Shown here piece by piece: positions 26,125 through 38,608 of a stretch of 64,000 nt of DNA (the stretch's first letter is position 1; each line of letters starts with the position of its first letter). Both the position numbers and the translations under genes were made by a program. This stretch comes from Mobula hypostoma (Eukaryota): the NCBI RefSeq assembly GCF_963921235.1, contig NC_086107.1, positions 107,448,001 through 107,512,000 of the forward strand, written 5' to 3'. Under the pieces are notes generated by a model that worked only from the letters and a program-made list of their open reading frames with translations, was not told the DNA's origin and did no database searches.

Positions 26125-26337
26125 GATCAAAGTTGCTGGTGAACGCAGCAGGCCAAGCAGCATCTATAGGAAGAGGCGCAGTCGACGTTTCAGGCCGAGA
26201 CCCTTCATCCTGACGAAGGGTCTCGGCCTGAAACGTCGACTGCGCCTCTTCCTATAGATGCTGCTTGGCCTGCTGCGTTCACCAGCAACTTTGATGTATG
26301 TTGCTTGAATTTCCAGCATCTGCAGAATTCCTGTTGT
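26125..26337. mobile_element. 213-bp palindromic Penelope-like insertion with a 14-bp TSD and intact hammerhead core
   Basis: Perfect 81-bp arms 26126-26206 and 26215-26295. CTGACGA..GAAACGTC at 26210-26237. TSD tcaacaaaacatta at 26111-26124 and 26338-26351. Confidence 0.92.
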
Positions 26338-28289
26338 TCAACAAAACATTAACTCTTTTCATTCCTGGGATCATTCTTTTCTGGACCCTCTCAAATACCA
26401 GCACATCCTTTCTTAGAGAAGGGACCCAAGATTGCTCATAATACTCAATATTACATCTTTGCTTTCATATTCTAGTCCTTTCGAAATGAATGCTAAAATT
26501 TCATTTGCCTTCCATACCACTGACTCAATCTACAAGTTAACCTGTAGGGAATCCTGCACAAGGACTCCCAAATTCCTTTGCAGCTCTAATTTTTGAATTC
26601 TCTCCTTGTTTAGAATTGTCTAAGTCTTTAGTTCTCCTACTAAAGTGCATGACCTACTCTTCTTTGCCCATTTTCCTAATATGTCAAAGTGCTTCTGCTC
26701 TCCCTGCCCCTCTTCCTACCTTTGTGTCATCTAAAATCTTCACCATAACACAATCAATTCCATCATCCAAATCATTGACATATAATGTAAAATAAGATGT
26801 TCCAACACCAACCCCTGCAGGACACCACTAGTCACTGGCACCCAACCAGAAAAGGCCTGTGCTATTCCACCTCTTTGCCTGCTGCCAGTCAGCCAATCTT
26901 CTATCCATGTAATACCGTGGGCTCATATCTTGTTAAGCAGCCTAATGTGCGGCATGTTGTTAAAGGTCTTCTGAAAATCCAAGTAAACAATATCTACCGA
27001 TTCTCCTTTTCTATCCCACCTGTTATTTCCTCAAAGAATCCCAACAGACATGTCAGGCAAGATTTCCTCTTAAGGAAACCATTCTGACTTGTGCCTATTT
27101 TATCATGTGCCTTCAGTTATCCCAAAGCCTCAACATTAATAATGAACTCTTATCAATATCTTATGACCCACTGAAGTCAAGTTAACCGTTTTTTGCCTCC
27201 ATCTCTTCTTAAAGAGTGGATTGACATTTGTGATTTTCCGGTCCTCTAGAACCATTCCATAATCTAGTGATTCTTGAAAGATCACCACTAATGCCTCCAT
27301 TATTCTCTTCAGCTACCTCTTTCAAAATCCTGTGGTGTAGACCATCTGATTGAGGTATATACCTTCAGACCTTACGGCTTCCTAAGCACTGTCTCCTTAA
27401 TAATACCACTGCACTCACTCTGCCCTCTGACACTTTCAAATTTCTGGCATACTGCTACTATCTTGCACAGTGAAGATTAATACAACATCATCTGCTATTT
27501 CTTTGTCCCTCATAAAATCTTTTCAGCATCAATTTCCAGCAGTCCAATATCCACTTCCACATCTCCTTTACCCTTTATATATGAAAAACTTTTGGTATCC
27601 TCTTTTATAGTATTAGTTAGCTTAAATTCATTTTTCATCTTTTTTCTCCCTAATGGTTCTTTAATTCCCATCTCTTGGTTTTTAAAAGCTTCCCAATCCT
27701 CTAACTTCCCACTAATTTTTGCTTTATTATATGTCCCCATTTTCTTTTTTTGCTGTCTTTGACTTCCCTTGTCAGTAACGGTTACCTCGTCCTCCCTTTA
27801 GAATTCTTCTTCTTTGGGATGTATTTATCCTGCACCTTCTAAATTGCTCCCAGAAACAGCAGCCATTACTATTCTGTCATCATCCCTGCTAGTGTCCCCT
27901 TCCAATCAATTTGGTCAGCTCCTCTCTCAGCCCTTTACTCCACTGTAATACTGATATTAATGATTTTGGATTCTTCCTCTCAAACTGCAGTGCGAATTCC
28001 ATCATATAATGATCATTGCCTGATAAGGGTTCCTTTAATTTTAGGGCAAAACACACAAAATGCTGGAAGAACTCAGCAGTTTAGGCAGCATCTATGGAAA
28101 TGAATAAACCCTAATCCTAACCCTAATGCGAGACCTTTCATCAGGACTGGAAACAAGATGAGAAGCCAGAGCAAGAAGGTGGAGGCAGGGGAGCCACTGA
28201 TGTCACCTCTTTCTAAGGATTTGATTTCATATTTTACCACCAGAGCCACCCCACCCCCTCTGCCTACCTGTCTGTCCTTTTGATACAAT

Positions 28290-29583
28290 TTTTAATCAAG
28301 ACATTTTTAATCTCTCCCTCCCCTAGTGCAGAGTGTCCTCCTGTTCTTGTACCTAAAATGACCAAAGTAACATGTCTGAACGACTGGCGTCCTGTTGCAC
28401 TCACCTCAGTAAGAAGCAAATGCTTTGAGAGGCTGGTCAAGGGTTACACCTGCAGGATTCCACCACCCACACTGGACCCCCTACAATTCGCCGACTGACA
28501 CAACCGATCGACAGATGACACAACAGCCACAGCTCTACACACCATCTTTACACATCTGGAGAAGAGGAATGCTTATGTGAGAACGCTGCTCTTAGGCTAC
28601 AGTTCAGCATTTAGCAGCATAATTCCTTCCAGATTCGACAAGAAGCTCAGAGACCTCAGCCTTCACCCTGCCTTGTGTAGCTGGATCCTGGACCTCCTGT
28701 CAGATCGCCAGCAGGTGGTAAGAATGGGCTCCCCCACCTCTGCCCCTCAGGGCTGTGTGCTAAGCCCTCACCTTTACTCTCTGTATAGTCATGACTGTGT
28801 CACCACCGACAGCTCCAATCTGCTAATTAAATTTGCTGATGACACTACACTGATTGGCCTAATCTCAAATAATAATGAGGCAGCCTACAGAGCGGAAGTC
28901 ATCACCTTGACACAGTGGTGTCAAGAAAACAACCTCTCCCTCAATGTCGCAAAAACAAAGGAGCTGGTTGTAGACTACAGGGGGAATGGAGACAGCTAAC
29001 CCCTATAGACATCAAAGGATCTGGGGTTGAGAGGGTGAACAGCTTTAAGTTCCTTGGCATAAACATCAATGGGGATCTCACGTGGTCTGTACATACCAGC
29101 TGTGTGTTGAAAAAGGCACAACAGCGCCTCTTTCACCTCAGACAGTTGAACAAGTTTGGTATGGCCCCCAAATCCTAAGAATTTTCTATAGGGTGCGGAC
29201 AGCCCAGCGGATCTGTAGATGTGAACTTCCTACTATTCAGGACATTTACAAAGACAGGTGTATAAAAAGGGCCCGAAGAATCACTGGAGACCCGAGTCAC
29301 CTCAACCACCAACTGTTCCAGCTGCTACCATCCAGGAAAAGGTACAGCAGCAGAAAAGCCAAGATCAACAGGCTCTGGGACAGCTTCTTCAACCAGGCCA
29401 TCAGACTGCTTAATTCATGCTGATGCAACTGTATTCCTATGTTATATTGACTATCCTGTTGTATATAATATTTATTTTAAATTACTATAATTGCACAATG
29501 TATATTTAGACGGAGACATAACATTAAGATTTTTACTCCTCATGATATAAGGGATGTAAGTAATAAAATCAATTGGAATCAAT
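28290..29583 (+). mobile_element. Rex1/Babar LINE, 5'-truncated, nested in CR1
   Basis: NDWRPVALTS..KCFERLV, LDPLQFA, PQGCVLSP and KFADDTT. Confidence 0.92.
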
Positions 29584-29656
29584 GTGTATCCTTAGATGTT
29601 AAGTTCCCAACTATGATCTTTTTTCAGCCATGACTCTGTGATGCCCACAACATCAT

Positions 29657-30509
29657 GGGTGAGTGGGCAGATGCATGGCAGATGCAGTTTAATGTGGATA
29701 AATGTGAAGTTATCCACTTTGGTGGCAAGAACAGGAAGGCAGATTACTATCTGAATGGTGTCAAGTTAGGAAAAGGGGAAGTACAACAAGATCTAGGTGT
29801 CCTTGTTCATCAGTCACTGAAAGTAAGCATGCAGGTACAGCAGGCAGTGAAGAAAGCTAATGGCATGTTGGCCTTCATAACAAGGGGAGTTGAGTATAGG
29901 AGCAATGAGGTTCTTCTGCAGTTGTACAGGGCCCTGGTGAGACCACACCTGGAGTATTGTGTACAGTTTTGGTCTCCAAATTTGAGGAAGGACATTCTAG
30001 CTATTGAGGGAGTGCAGCGTAGGTTCACGAGGTTAATTCCTGGGATGGCAGGACTGTCATATGTTGAAAGATTGGAGCGACTGAGCTTGTATACACTGGA
30101 ATTTAGAAGGATGAGAGGGGATCTGATTGAAACATATAAGATTATTAAGGGATTGGACACACTAGAGGCAGGAAACATGTTCCTGATGTTGGGGGAGTCC
30201 AGAACCAGAGGCCACAGTTTAAGAATAAGGGGTAGACCATTTAGAACGGAGTTGAGGAAAAACTTTTTCACACAGAGGGTTGTGGTTCTGTGGAATGCTC
30301 TGCCTCAGAAGGCAATGGAGGTCAATTCTCTGGATTCTTTCAAGAAAGAGTTAGATAGAGCTCTTAAAGATAGCGGAGTGAAGGGATACGGGGAGAAGGC
30401 AGGAAAAGGATACTGATTGTGGATGATCAGCCATGATCACAGTTAATGGCGGTGCTGGCTCGAAGGGCTGAATGGCCTACTCCTGCACCTATTGTCTATT
30501 GTCTATTGT
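29657..30509 (+). mobile_element. Young CR1 LINE 3' portion with an uninterrupted frame, nested in the older CR1
   Basis: 253-aa ORF WQMQFNVDKCEVIHFG...FTQRVV.LWNALP and a (ctattgt)n tail. Confidence 0.95.
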
Positions 30510-31869
30510 CATATCTGCCAATCTCGAATTGTGCTACAAGGTCACCTACCTCATTCTGTATACTGCATGCATTAAGATATAATACCTTCTGTCCTATATT
30601 CATCACTCTTTTCCGTTTCGCCCCCATGTTATCAGAAGTAAAACTCCTACCCATTTCTATACTACATGCTGCATGTACTTGTATACCAACGGTGTTATTC
30701 TCTGCCCTATCACTCCGGTTCCCATCCCCCTGCCAAATTAGTTTAAACCCTCCACAACAGCTCTATAAACTGCCTGCCAGGATATTGATTCCCCTCGTCA
30801 GGTATAAACCATCATTTTGTACAGACCATAGCTTCCTCAGAAGAGATCTTAATGATCCAGAATTCTGAAACCCTGGCTCCTGCACTAATCTCTTTGCCAT
30901 GCATTCATCTGCCAAATGATCCTATTGCCACGTGACAAAGATGGCAATCCAGAGGTTACTATCCTCGAAGTCCTGCTTTTCAGCTTTCTACCTAACTCCC
31001 TATAGTCTCTCATCAGCACGTCATCCCATTTCCTATCTATTTCATTGGTACCAATATATACCACAACTTCTGGCTGCTCACCCTCCCCCTTTAGAATGTT
31101 GTGGACCTGATCTGAGAAATCCCTGACTTTGGCATCTGGGAGGCAACATACCATCCAGGTGACTCTTTCATGTCCACAGAATCTCTTGTCTGCTCCTCTA
31201 ACTATGGAATCCCCTATCACTACTGCACTCCTCTTCTTACCCATTCCCTTCTGAGCTACAGAGACTTGGTCACTGCAGCTTTCCTCTGGTAAGTTATCTC
31301 CCTCAACAGTATCCAAAGCAGCATACTTGTTATTAAGGGTAATAATCACAGAGGTACACTGTACTAACTCCCTATTCCCTTTCTCTCTCTTGACAGTCAC
31401 TCAGCTACATGCCTTCTGCAACTTAGGGGTGACTACCTCCCTATTGCTCATATCTATCACCCCCTCATTCTCCTGTTTGAGCCAATGGTCATCCATCTGC
31501 AGCTCTAGTTCCATAACATGATCTTTAAGAAGCTGCAGCTTGATGCACCTTGTGCAGACATAGTTATCAAGGAGACCGGAGGCCACCCAGAGTTCCCACA
31601 TTTCACACGAAGAACATACCATCAATTGTGGACCCATTCTCACCACAGTGGGTATGTACTAATAGACAAAAACTTAAAAGAAACTTACCTAGAGCCTTCG
31701 TCACAAGCCTCTTAAGCCGAAGCCTGACCACTTTAACAGTGTCCACTCACACAGTGGCCACTCCACTTAAACACAAAATACTACATGCATGCATTTATTT
31801 ACACAGGTGTGCCCTTTCACATGTTGCTATAAACCGACACACACGGACATACATGTTCAGGTGAATCTT

Positions 31870-32748
31870 CCGGTTTAAGATGGCGCTACTGAAGATGCGC
31901 AACAACTTACTGGTAGTTCATAAGGCAAGAAATACGACTATAAACCTCATTACTAACACTTTTCCTGAGATAAATTGTGGTATACTATCACCGCAAACAG
32001 TGAAGAGGAGAAAGGAGGCGAAGATAACTTGAAGGAAGCCAACCTAGTACGTTGCAAAGTCAGGGCGCAACATGTCCGAGGCAGTATCAGAGACGGAGAT
32101 GGAGTTGGAGCGAGAAATTCAAAGAGGAGTTGAGGGGGAGAAGTTTCTGTGCCTGTCCTCTTCAACTGGGTGTGAAGTTGGATCACTCTAAGCAGTGAGC
32201 CAATCTGGAAAGATCAAGAATGGCTTCAAGCTGGGCGGTGAAGTATAGGCCTAGAACGTATTGCCTATAACCCGGCGTTTGGTCGATTTAAACGCTGGCC
32301 CCGATAGAGTGGAAAGGCAGGGTGCCGGGACAGGAGGTGAGATCGGGCTGATTTCATTCGCTCTCCTGCAAAGTTCACTCCTCTCTCCACGATGCTGAGG
32401 CTGCGAGTCTGCTCCTGCTGCTATGTGTTACTTGCCTGTGAGCTTCATGGTGGCTTGCCCCACTAAATGATGAACTTGAGACAAGGCTTTGGACTGCTCT
32501 GGCTGCTCTGGTGTTTCTCGTCTAGGGACTCAATTTGGTTCAGAATATTGTTGCTTGCTTCTATTGTTTGCATGATTTGTGTTTTTTTTTTCTCTTTCAC
32601 TGTGGATAGCATGTTGGTATTTCTTTTTTTAATTGGGTTCTTTCAGGTTTCTTGCTTTGTGGCTGCCTGTAAGCAGACAAATTTCAAGGTTGTATAATTT
32701 AAACATTCTTTGATAATAAATGCACTTTCAATCTTTGAATCTTTGAAT
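31870..32748 (+). mobile_element. Non-autonomous retroelement with aagatggcg head and Rex1-type tail (related copy at about 40510-41270)
   Basis: Ends gataataaatg...(tctttgaa)n like the Rex1 copies; no coding capacity. Confidence 0.55.
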
Positions 32749-33189
32749 ACCGTTAGTGTGCACATACTCAAATACACACTGATGGCAAAGTGTGAATTAT
32801 ATCAAATATATCTCTCCAAAAGAACTCGGTTGATGGTGTGAAGTGAAAGACTCTCTGAGTGGTATTTCCTGTGAGCCAGGGGTAGCATGTGAGTGGAATG
32901 TAGGAGAAGCCTCAGAGGGGATCCTAAACTCCATTAAGGGCCTTAGTTTAGATCTGTGACCAGATTCTCCATAAACCAAATTAACAAGGAGTTATTCGTC
33001 AAAGAAAATACACTAAATTAGGATCTTCTCTAAAAATACTGCGTCTAAGGAACTGTAACGATAATTAAAGGCTCTGATAAGATCATTTGATACATCAGAT
33101 TCTGTCATTCCAATATATACTCATAGTGTACCACACACAGCCAGGGAAATTCCATTTTCCATTGCTAGTCTGCCTTGGATGAAGCAGAA

Positions 33190-34830
33190 CTTCAAAGTTC
33201 AAAGTAAATTTATTATCAAACTACAGTAGGTATATGTCACTGCTTTGACACTCATTTTATGAAAACACTACACATAAACAGTCTGACAAACACTGATGTG
33301 CAAAAGAAGACAAACTGTACAAATAAAAATAACACTGAAAACATGAGCTGTAAAGAGTCCTTGAAAGTGAGTCTGTAGGTCATAAAATCAGTTCAGAGCA
33401 GTGGTGATTGAAGTTATCCAAGCCGGTTCAGGAGCCTGATCATTGTGGGGTAAAAGCTATTGCTGAACCTGGTGGTGTGGAACTAAGGCTTTGATACCTC
33501 CTACCCGAACGCCTTAGTGAGAAGAGGGCAAGGCCTGGATGATGAGTGTCTTTGATGATGGAGGCTGCTTTCTTGCGCCAGCGCTCCATGTAAATATACT
33601 CAATGGTTGGGAATACTTTGCCTGTGATGGACTGGGCTGTATCAAACACTTTCTGTAGCCTTGTCCATTCCTGGGCATTGGTGTTTCCATACCAGGCTAA
33701 GAAGTTTGTCAAAGTTTTCGGTGACATGCCGAATTTATGCAAACTTCTAAGAAAGTAGAGAAAATGTCCTGCCTTCACTATGATGACACCTTCTTTGTGA
33801 TGACACAGCTCTATGGTTTTGCTGATGTTGGGTGAGAGGTATTTGCTGCAGCACCACTCAACCAGATTTTCAATCTCCCTTCTATATGCCGATTAATTCA
33901 GGCAACAACAGTGGTGTCATTAGCAAACTTAAATACGCTATTGGAGTTGTACTCAGCCTCACAATCGTAAGTATAAAGTGAGTAGAGCAGGGGGCTAAGC
34001 ACACAGCCTTGTGGTGCATCTGTGCTGATGGTGATTGTGGAGGAGATGCTGTTGCCATTCCGAACGAATTGTCAGGACCAAGGATCCAGTTGCACAGGGA
34101 GGTACCAAGGCCCAGGTCTTGGAGCTTGATGAGTTTTTGAGGGAATGATGATGCTGAATGCTGAGCTGTAGTAAATGAAGAACATTCTGATGTATGCACA
34201 TTCATTGGCCTTATGTTCCCTAGCTGAGTGAAGGGGCCAATGAAATGACATCTGCTGTTGACCTGTTGTGAAGGTACGCAACTTGGAATGGATGCAGATT
34301 GTTCCTCAGGCAGGATTCAATGTGCTTCGTGACCAACCTCTCAAACCACTTCATCACGGTGGATGTACAGTAAGTGCCAATGGATGATAGGCAGGTCACC
34401 TCGTCTTTCTTAGGCCTGCTTGAAGCAGGTGGGTACCTTAGAATGCCAAAACAGGAGGATGAAGATGATTGGTAAACACTCCAGTCAGTTGATTAGCACA
34501 GGTCTTCAGTACTGGGCCAGATGCTTTCTGTGGATTCACTCTTCTGAGGGATGCTCTCATGTCGGCCTCAGAGACTGAGATCACAAGGTCATTGGTGGCT
34601 GTGGGAGTTCATGAAGGTGCCGCCATGTTCTGTTGGTCAAAGCAAGCATAAAAGGCATTGAGCTCATCTGGAAGCAAAACCTTTTTGCCGTTATATTGCT
34701 TGGTTTTGCACTGTAGGAGGCAATTGCCTCTGCCACACTTGTCGAGCATCCCCACCCCACCCACCCCATGGTTCAGGTTTAGTCTGGAATTGCCGCTTTG
34801 CACATGAGGTGGCTTTCCAGAGGTCACACC
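33190..34830 (-). mobile_element. Rex1/Babar LINE, decayed
   Basis: LPDELNAFYACF, LCNWIL, LYFLRSL.KFGMSPKTL and a (tttgaa)n tail. Confidence 0.88.
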
Positions 34831-34909
34831 TGGGATTCCTGGAAGAGGGGAATACTCCACAAGTGAGGAAAGGGTAAATCCCAGAGCTTTCCCATTCCTG
34901 CTCACTAAC

Positions 34910-35035
34910 CGAGTGATCCTCTGGGAAGTTCCAGTGTATAAAGAGATTCAAGGGATCAGGAGACCGAACGGGAGAACGGACATGAAACACGGCTATAATG
35001 ATATTAAATGCTGTATAGTCTGCGGCTACTATCTC
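34910..35035 (-). CDS. Internal coding exon B of the putative BRINP-like gene: EIVAADYTAFNIIIAVFHVRSPVRSPDPLNLFIHWNFPEDHS
   Basis: Strong acceptor cttctttttcatag|GAG, donor TCG|gttagt. 126 nt open, phase 0->0. YTAF..FHVRSPVRS..P.N..I resembles recalled BRINP WKTF..IYLRSRIKS..P..N..I. Confidence 0.8.
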
Positions 35036-37151
35036 CTATGAAAAAGAAGGCTTGAAACATCAGGAAGGACCTCTCCACTGGTAAGTGATGAAGACATCTG
35101 AAGGCCGAACGCACCCAAGAGGCAAAGCTGTGTGAATGAGGTATTGGAAGCATGGGATACCTCTGTCACCTAGCTTGAGGTAACATTAATCATGATTACG
35201 TGTGAGGGAAGGAAGGAAATAAACTGATTTATAAATAAATAAAAGCTGGTGTGGGCTGAGCGTGGTGCCTTATCATAATACTTGCTCATTGTGAGAAGCC
35301 TATAGCTCTCTGATGGACTCCAAGTGCACATTATTGCCTCAAGGCCATGGAGAGCACAAGGTACTGGGACTCTGGGGGCATGTTAACAAACCATTATTGG
35401 CCCTTATAATTCATTCCCTTCAAGCTAGGTCCAAATTCCGTCTAGATTTTCACAATACAGAACACTTGTAAAGAACAATAGCATTGACGCCAAGGACATG
35501 GAATGCGGTGAAGTGCTGGAGCAGTGTAATCTTCACACGTTGAGTGATCAAAGCAAAATTAGTAATTGGGCTTTATCTTACCAGACCCATTTGGTAGTCA
35601 AGGAGCATGAAAACATGTCAAGGCGACAAGTGCAAAATGTATTAATGACAAGGATCAGGAACACTATATTGACTCAGAATTGTTAAATGTTTGGAATAAT
35701 CTATCAAGTAAGCTGATAGAGACAGAAACGCTGGAGTTACTTCATTCATAATTACTGTAATTAGATACCAAAATGGATGGTTAATGTACCAGAGGAAGGA
35801 AGGGATGAAGATTAGGATTTACAAATGAAACCATTACCTCCAGTACACTGACTCACCAACTAAAACTCATTTCTTCCCATACACAGACTCTACCATTGAA
35901 CTTTAATTCCCTAGTATGCTGATTCTGCAAACAAAGCCCATTCCCTCCACTCTGCTCATTCTCTTGATGACCTTCAGCTCTCCTATACACCAACTCTCTA
36001 ATACTAGCATATTTTCCCTAGCCCACAGCACTTTGATTCTCCCTATGAAATTCATCTCCCTGCCTACGTCCTAGTACGTTGACTCTCCCAGCGAACACCT
36101 CTCTGGTACATTGACTCTCTCCTCCCTTCTACATCGTTGTGGTGGAGAGGCTTGTGAGTTCCTGAGATCGCAAGAGTGAAGAGTTAAACTGCCGGTCAGT
36201 TTAACTCCTGGCAGGGTCACCCATGCTGATAAGATCAAGGAGGAGGTTCCAGTCAAAGAGCGATCTGTCCAAGACCTCAGCAGTAGAGCTTGCGCAAGAT
36301 GACCTCAGCAGTAGAGCTGGCAGAAGATGATGACACATGAAGGCAGAGGAAGGCTGCACCAGTGAAGGGTCCCCAGTCATCTTGTATTCCGTGCCACTGG
36401 ACCCTGACCCCAATCCGTTAAATGCCGTGTGGTGGCTGCCCGCGTCTCAACCTCCCCATGTTAAACAAAGTCATGCACAAGCATTCTCCATTAGGGGAAT
36501 AACTCCTTGGAAGGACATTAAGCTCGACTGGAATGATTGCGCTGCTATTCCATTGGCTCTCCAACCAAAGCTTATCCTCTCCAGTGCACTGGCCCTCTCA
36601 TTGAGCCCTATCCCTACTCACAGAAATCTATAGGAGGGAAGGACTTCACTGACAGAGTCTGTAGGGTGGGGCTAATCTTAGATTGGAGCAATGACGTTCA
36701 GTACGCTGGAGCGATGGTCTTAGGTCAGAGAGATGGGTTTTGATTGTCACTGTACTGGAGGGATGTTCCTTGAGGTTGTTATAGCTGGGGGTGGTAGTGG
36801 GGATAAGCTCCCACTATTTATTAAATGCTCCCAATGGTGTGCATCTCAAATAGCCTCTGACAATCAAGTCCAGCTCCACGACTTCATGTGGGGCTTAGCT
36901 ACTAAGCCTGGTGGAATCATTTCTACTGACAGGAGAAGCTGCAAAGGTGGGTTACTGGCGCCTTAAAACCAGTCACTTTGGGTAGATAGGGCTCATCAGC
37001 TTATTTAGGAGAAGGGAAGCTCTGATCTCAAACATCTGCCACCTTGTGGCTACACCCACTCAAGGGGAAGGCTTTGGAAGTAAACCCCAAGGAAAAGTCC
37101 CCAGAGGAGTCGAGTCCCTCACGCGGTCCCAACACATCAAACCTTGAAGTG

Positions 37152-37780
37152 CAAACAACAGGAATTCTGCAGATGCTGGAAACTCAAGCAACACACATCA
37201 AAGTTGCTGGTGAATGCAGCAGGCCAGGCAGCATCTGTAGGAAGAGGCACAGTCGACGTTTCAGGCCGAGACCCTTCGTCAGGACTAACTGAAGGAAGAG
37301 TGAGTAAGGGATTTGAAAGTTGGAGGGGGAGGGGGAGATCCAAAATGATAGGAGAGGACAGGAGGGGGAGGGATGGAGCCAAGAGCTGGACAGGTGATTG
37401 GCAAAAGGGGATACGAGAGGATCATGGGACAGGAGGTCCGGGAAGAAAGACAAGGGGGGGGGGACCCAGAGGATGGGCAAGAGGTATATTCAGAGGGACA
37501 GAGGGAGAAAAAGGAGAGTGAGAGAAAGAATGTGTGTATAACAATAAGTAACAGATGGGGTACGAGGGGGTGGTGGGGCCTTAGCGGAAGTTAGAGAAGT
37601 CGATGTTCATGCCATCAGGTTAGAGGCTACCCAGACGGAATATAAGGTGTTGTTCCTCCAACCTGAGTGTGGCTTCATCTTTACAGTAGAGGAGGCCGTG
37701 GATAGACATATCAGAATGGGAATGGGATGTGGAATTAAAATGTGTGGCCACTGGGAGATCCTGCTTTCTCTGGCGGACAG
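37152..37780 (-). mobile_element. Young Penelope-like element 3' portion, inserted in a Tc1-derived fragment
   Basis: Near-identical reverse complement of 434-1030. Host sequence ttgaagtg appears on both sides. Confidence 0.85.
37251..37286 (-). ncRNA. Minimal type I hammerhead ribozyme motif
   Basis: agtc-CTGACGA-agggtctcggcct-GAAA-cg-TC-gact on the minus strand. Confidence 0.75.
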
Positions 37781-38529
37781 CGTAGTTGAAGTGGATGGGC
37801 TACAGCAGCAGAAGAGCACAAACATACACTCAATGATTACTTTATTGGGTGCAGGGGGTACCTAATAAAGTGGCCACCCACTGCGCATTATTCAGCACCC
37901 TACCATTAATAGTGCATTCTGTTGTTTTGTTTGCTTCCCCCAAATCTTTGACTGAAATCCAACTGCTAGTATTTTCTGTCCATAACCATCGATATCCTCC
38001 CACAGTCTTCAGCTTCCCTCCTCATTATCAAGCACACCAGCCAATTTTTGATCATCTGCAAACTTTAATCATCTTCACCTCTATTTATGACTAAATCACT
38101 GATATTTGTACATAAGACGCAAGGGATCTCTGCGAAGCCCCACTGCAGACAGCCTTACAGTCACTGAAACTCCTGTCGACCATTAAAGTGTGCTGTGCTT
38201 GATCGGGGGGAAAAGAAAATTTAATTAATGTGCGTGTGCAAAGCACGGTTAGGACTTGATGGAATATCATTAACTCTGGCTCTCCTGAAGGTGTGTTTTC
38301 CCATGTAGGGTCTCCCTATAATTGGTTCTGGTTTAGTTTCTGTTTATTGATTCTCTGCACACAGAATAAAATTGCTTTACCGAACTGCTAAACAAGAGTG
38401 CTTTGCAGTTTATTGACTGTTCCCTGTCCACTGTCAGAAGTGGGATCAGTCAGTACTATCTCAGGGGCCCGCAGTAAGGCACATTATCATACTGTCAACG
38501 CAGAGCATAGCACACTCATTTAACCAGAC

Positions 38530-38608
38530 CAGTAACAAGGAGCAGTGATGAAGATCAGACTTGGACGGTAAATAACTGATGGGAAGTATAGTGGTAAATG
38601 AGGTTCCC
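38530..38608 (-). CDS. Internal coding exon X of the putative BRINP-like gene: GTSFTTILPISYLPSKSDLHHCSLLL
   Basis: Acceptor ttttctactgcattag|G, weak donor CTG|gtctgg. 79 nt, phase 2->0, bridges exons A and B in frame. ILPI..KSDLHHC resembles recalled BRINP FMPV..KLDLPLQC. Confidence 0.6.

Larger units (their letters stand above)
25690..31775 (-). mobile_element. Decayed, internally deleted near-full-length CR1 LINE with at least four nested insertions
   Basis: ORF1 zinc finger (CSSC..CTRC) and SGNH esterase (VVIGDSIVRG) at 31646-30885; endonuclease start YLNACSI..DVVGITESWL; RT remnants at 26400-28040; 3' end near 25690. Confidence 0.85.

Noticed and set aside
29810..30271. 153-aa minus-strand ORF (similarly 60032-60451 and 60470-60751)
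   Set aside because: Antisense shadow of CR1 ORF2.
30885..31646. GDS-type esterase and zinc-finger ORFs as a host enzyme gene
   Set aside because: This is CR1 ORF1, with an internal stop, directly upstream of the element's endonuclease remnant.
35857..35924. 68-nt segment with good splice sites (NQHTRELKFNGRVCVWEEMSFS)
   Set aside because: Phase 0->2 breaks the X-to-B frame, which already aligns without a gap. At most a cryptic or poison exon.
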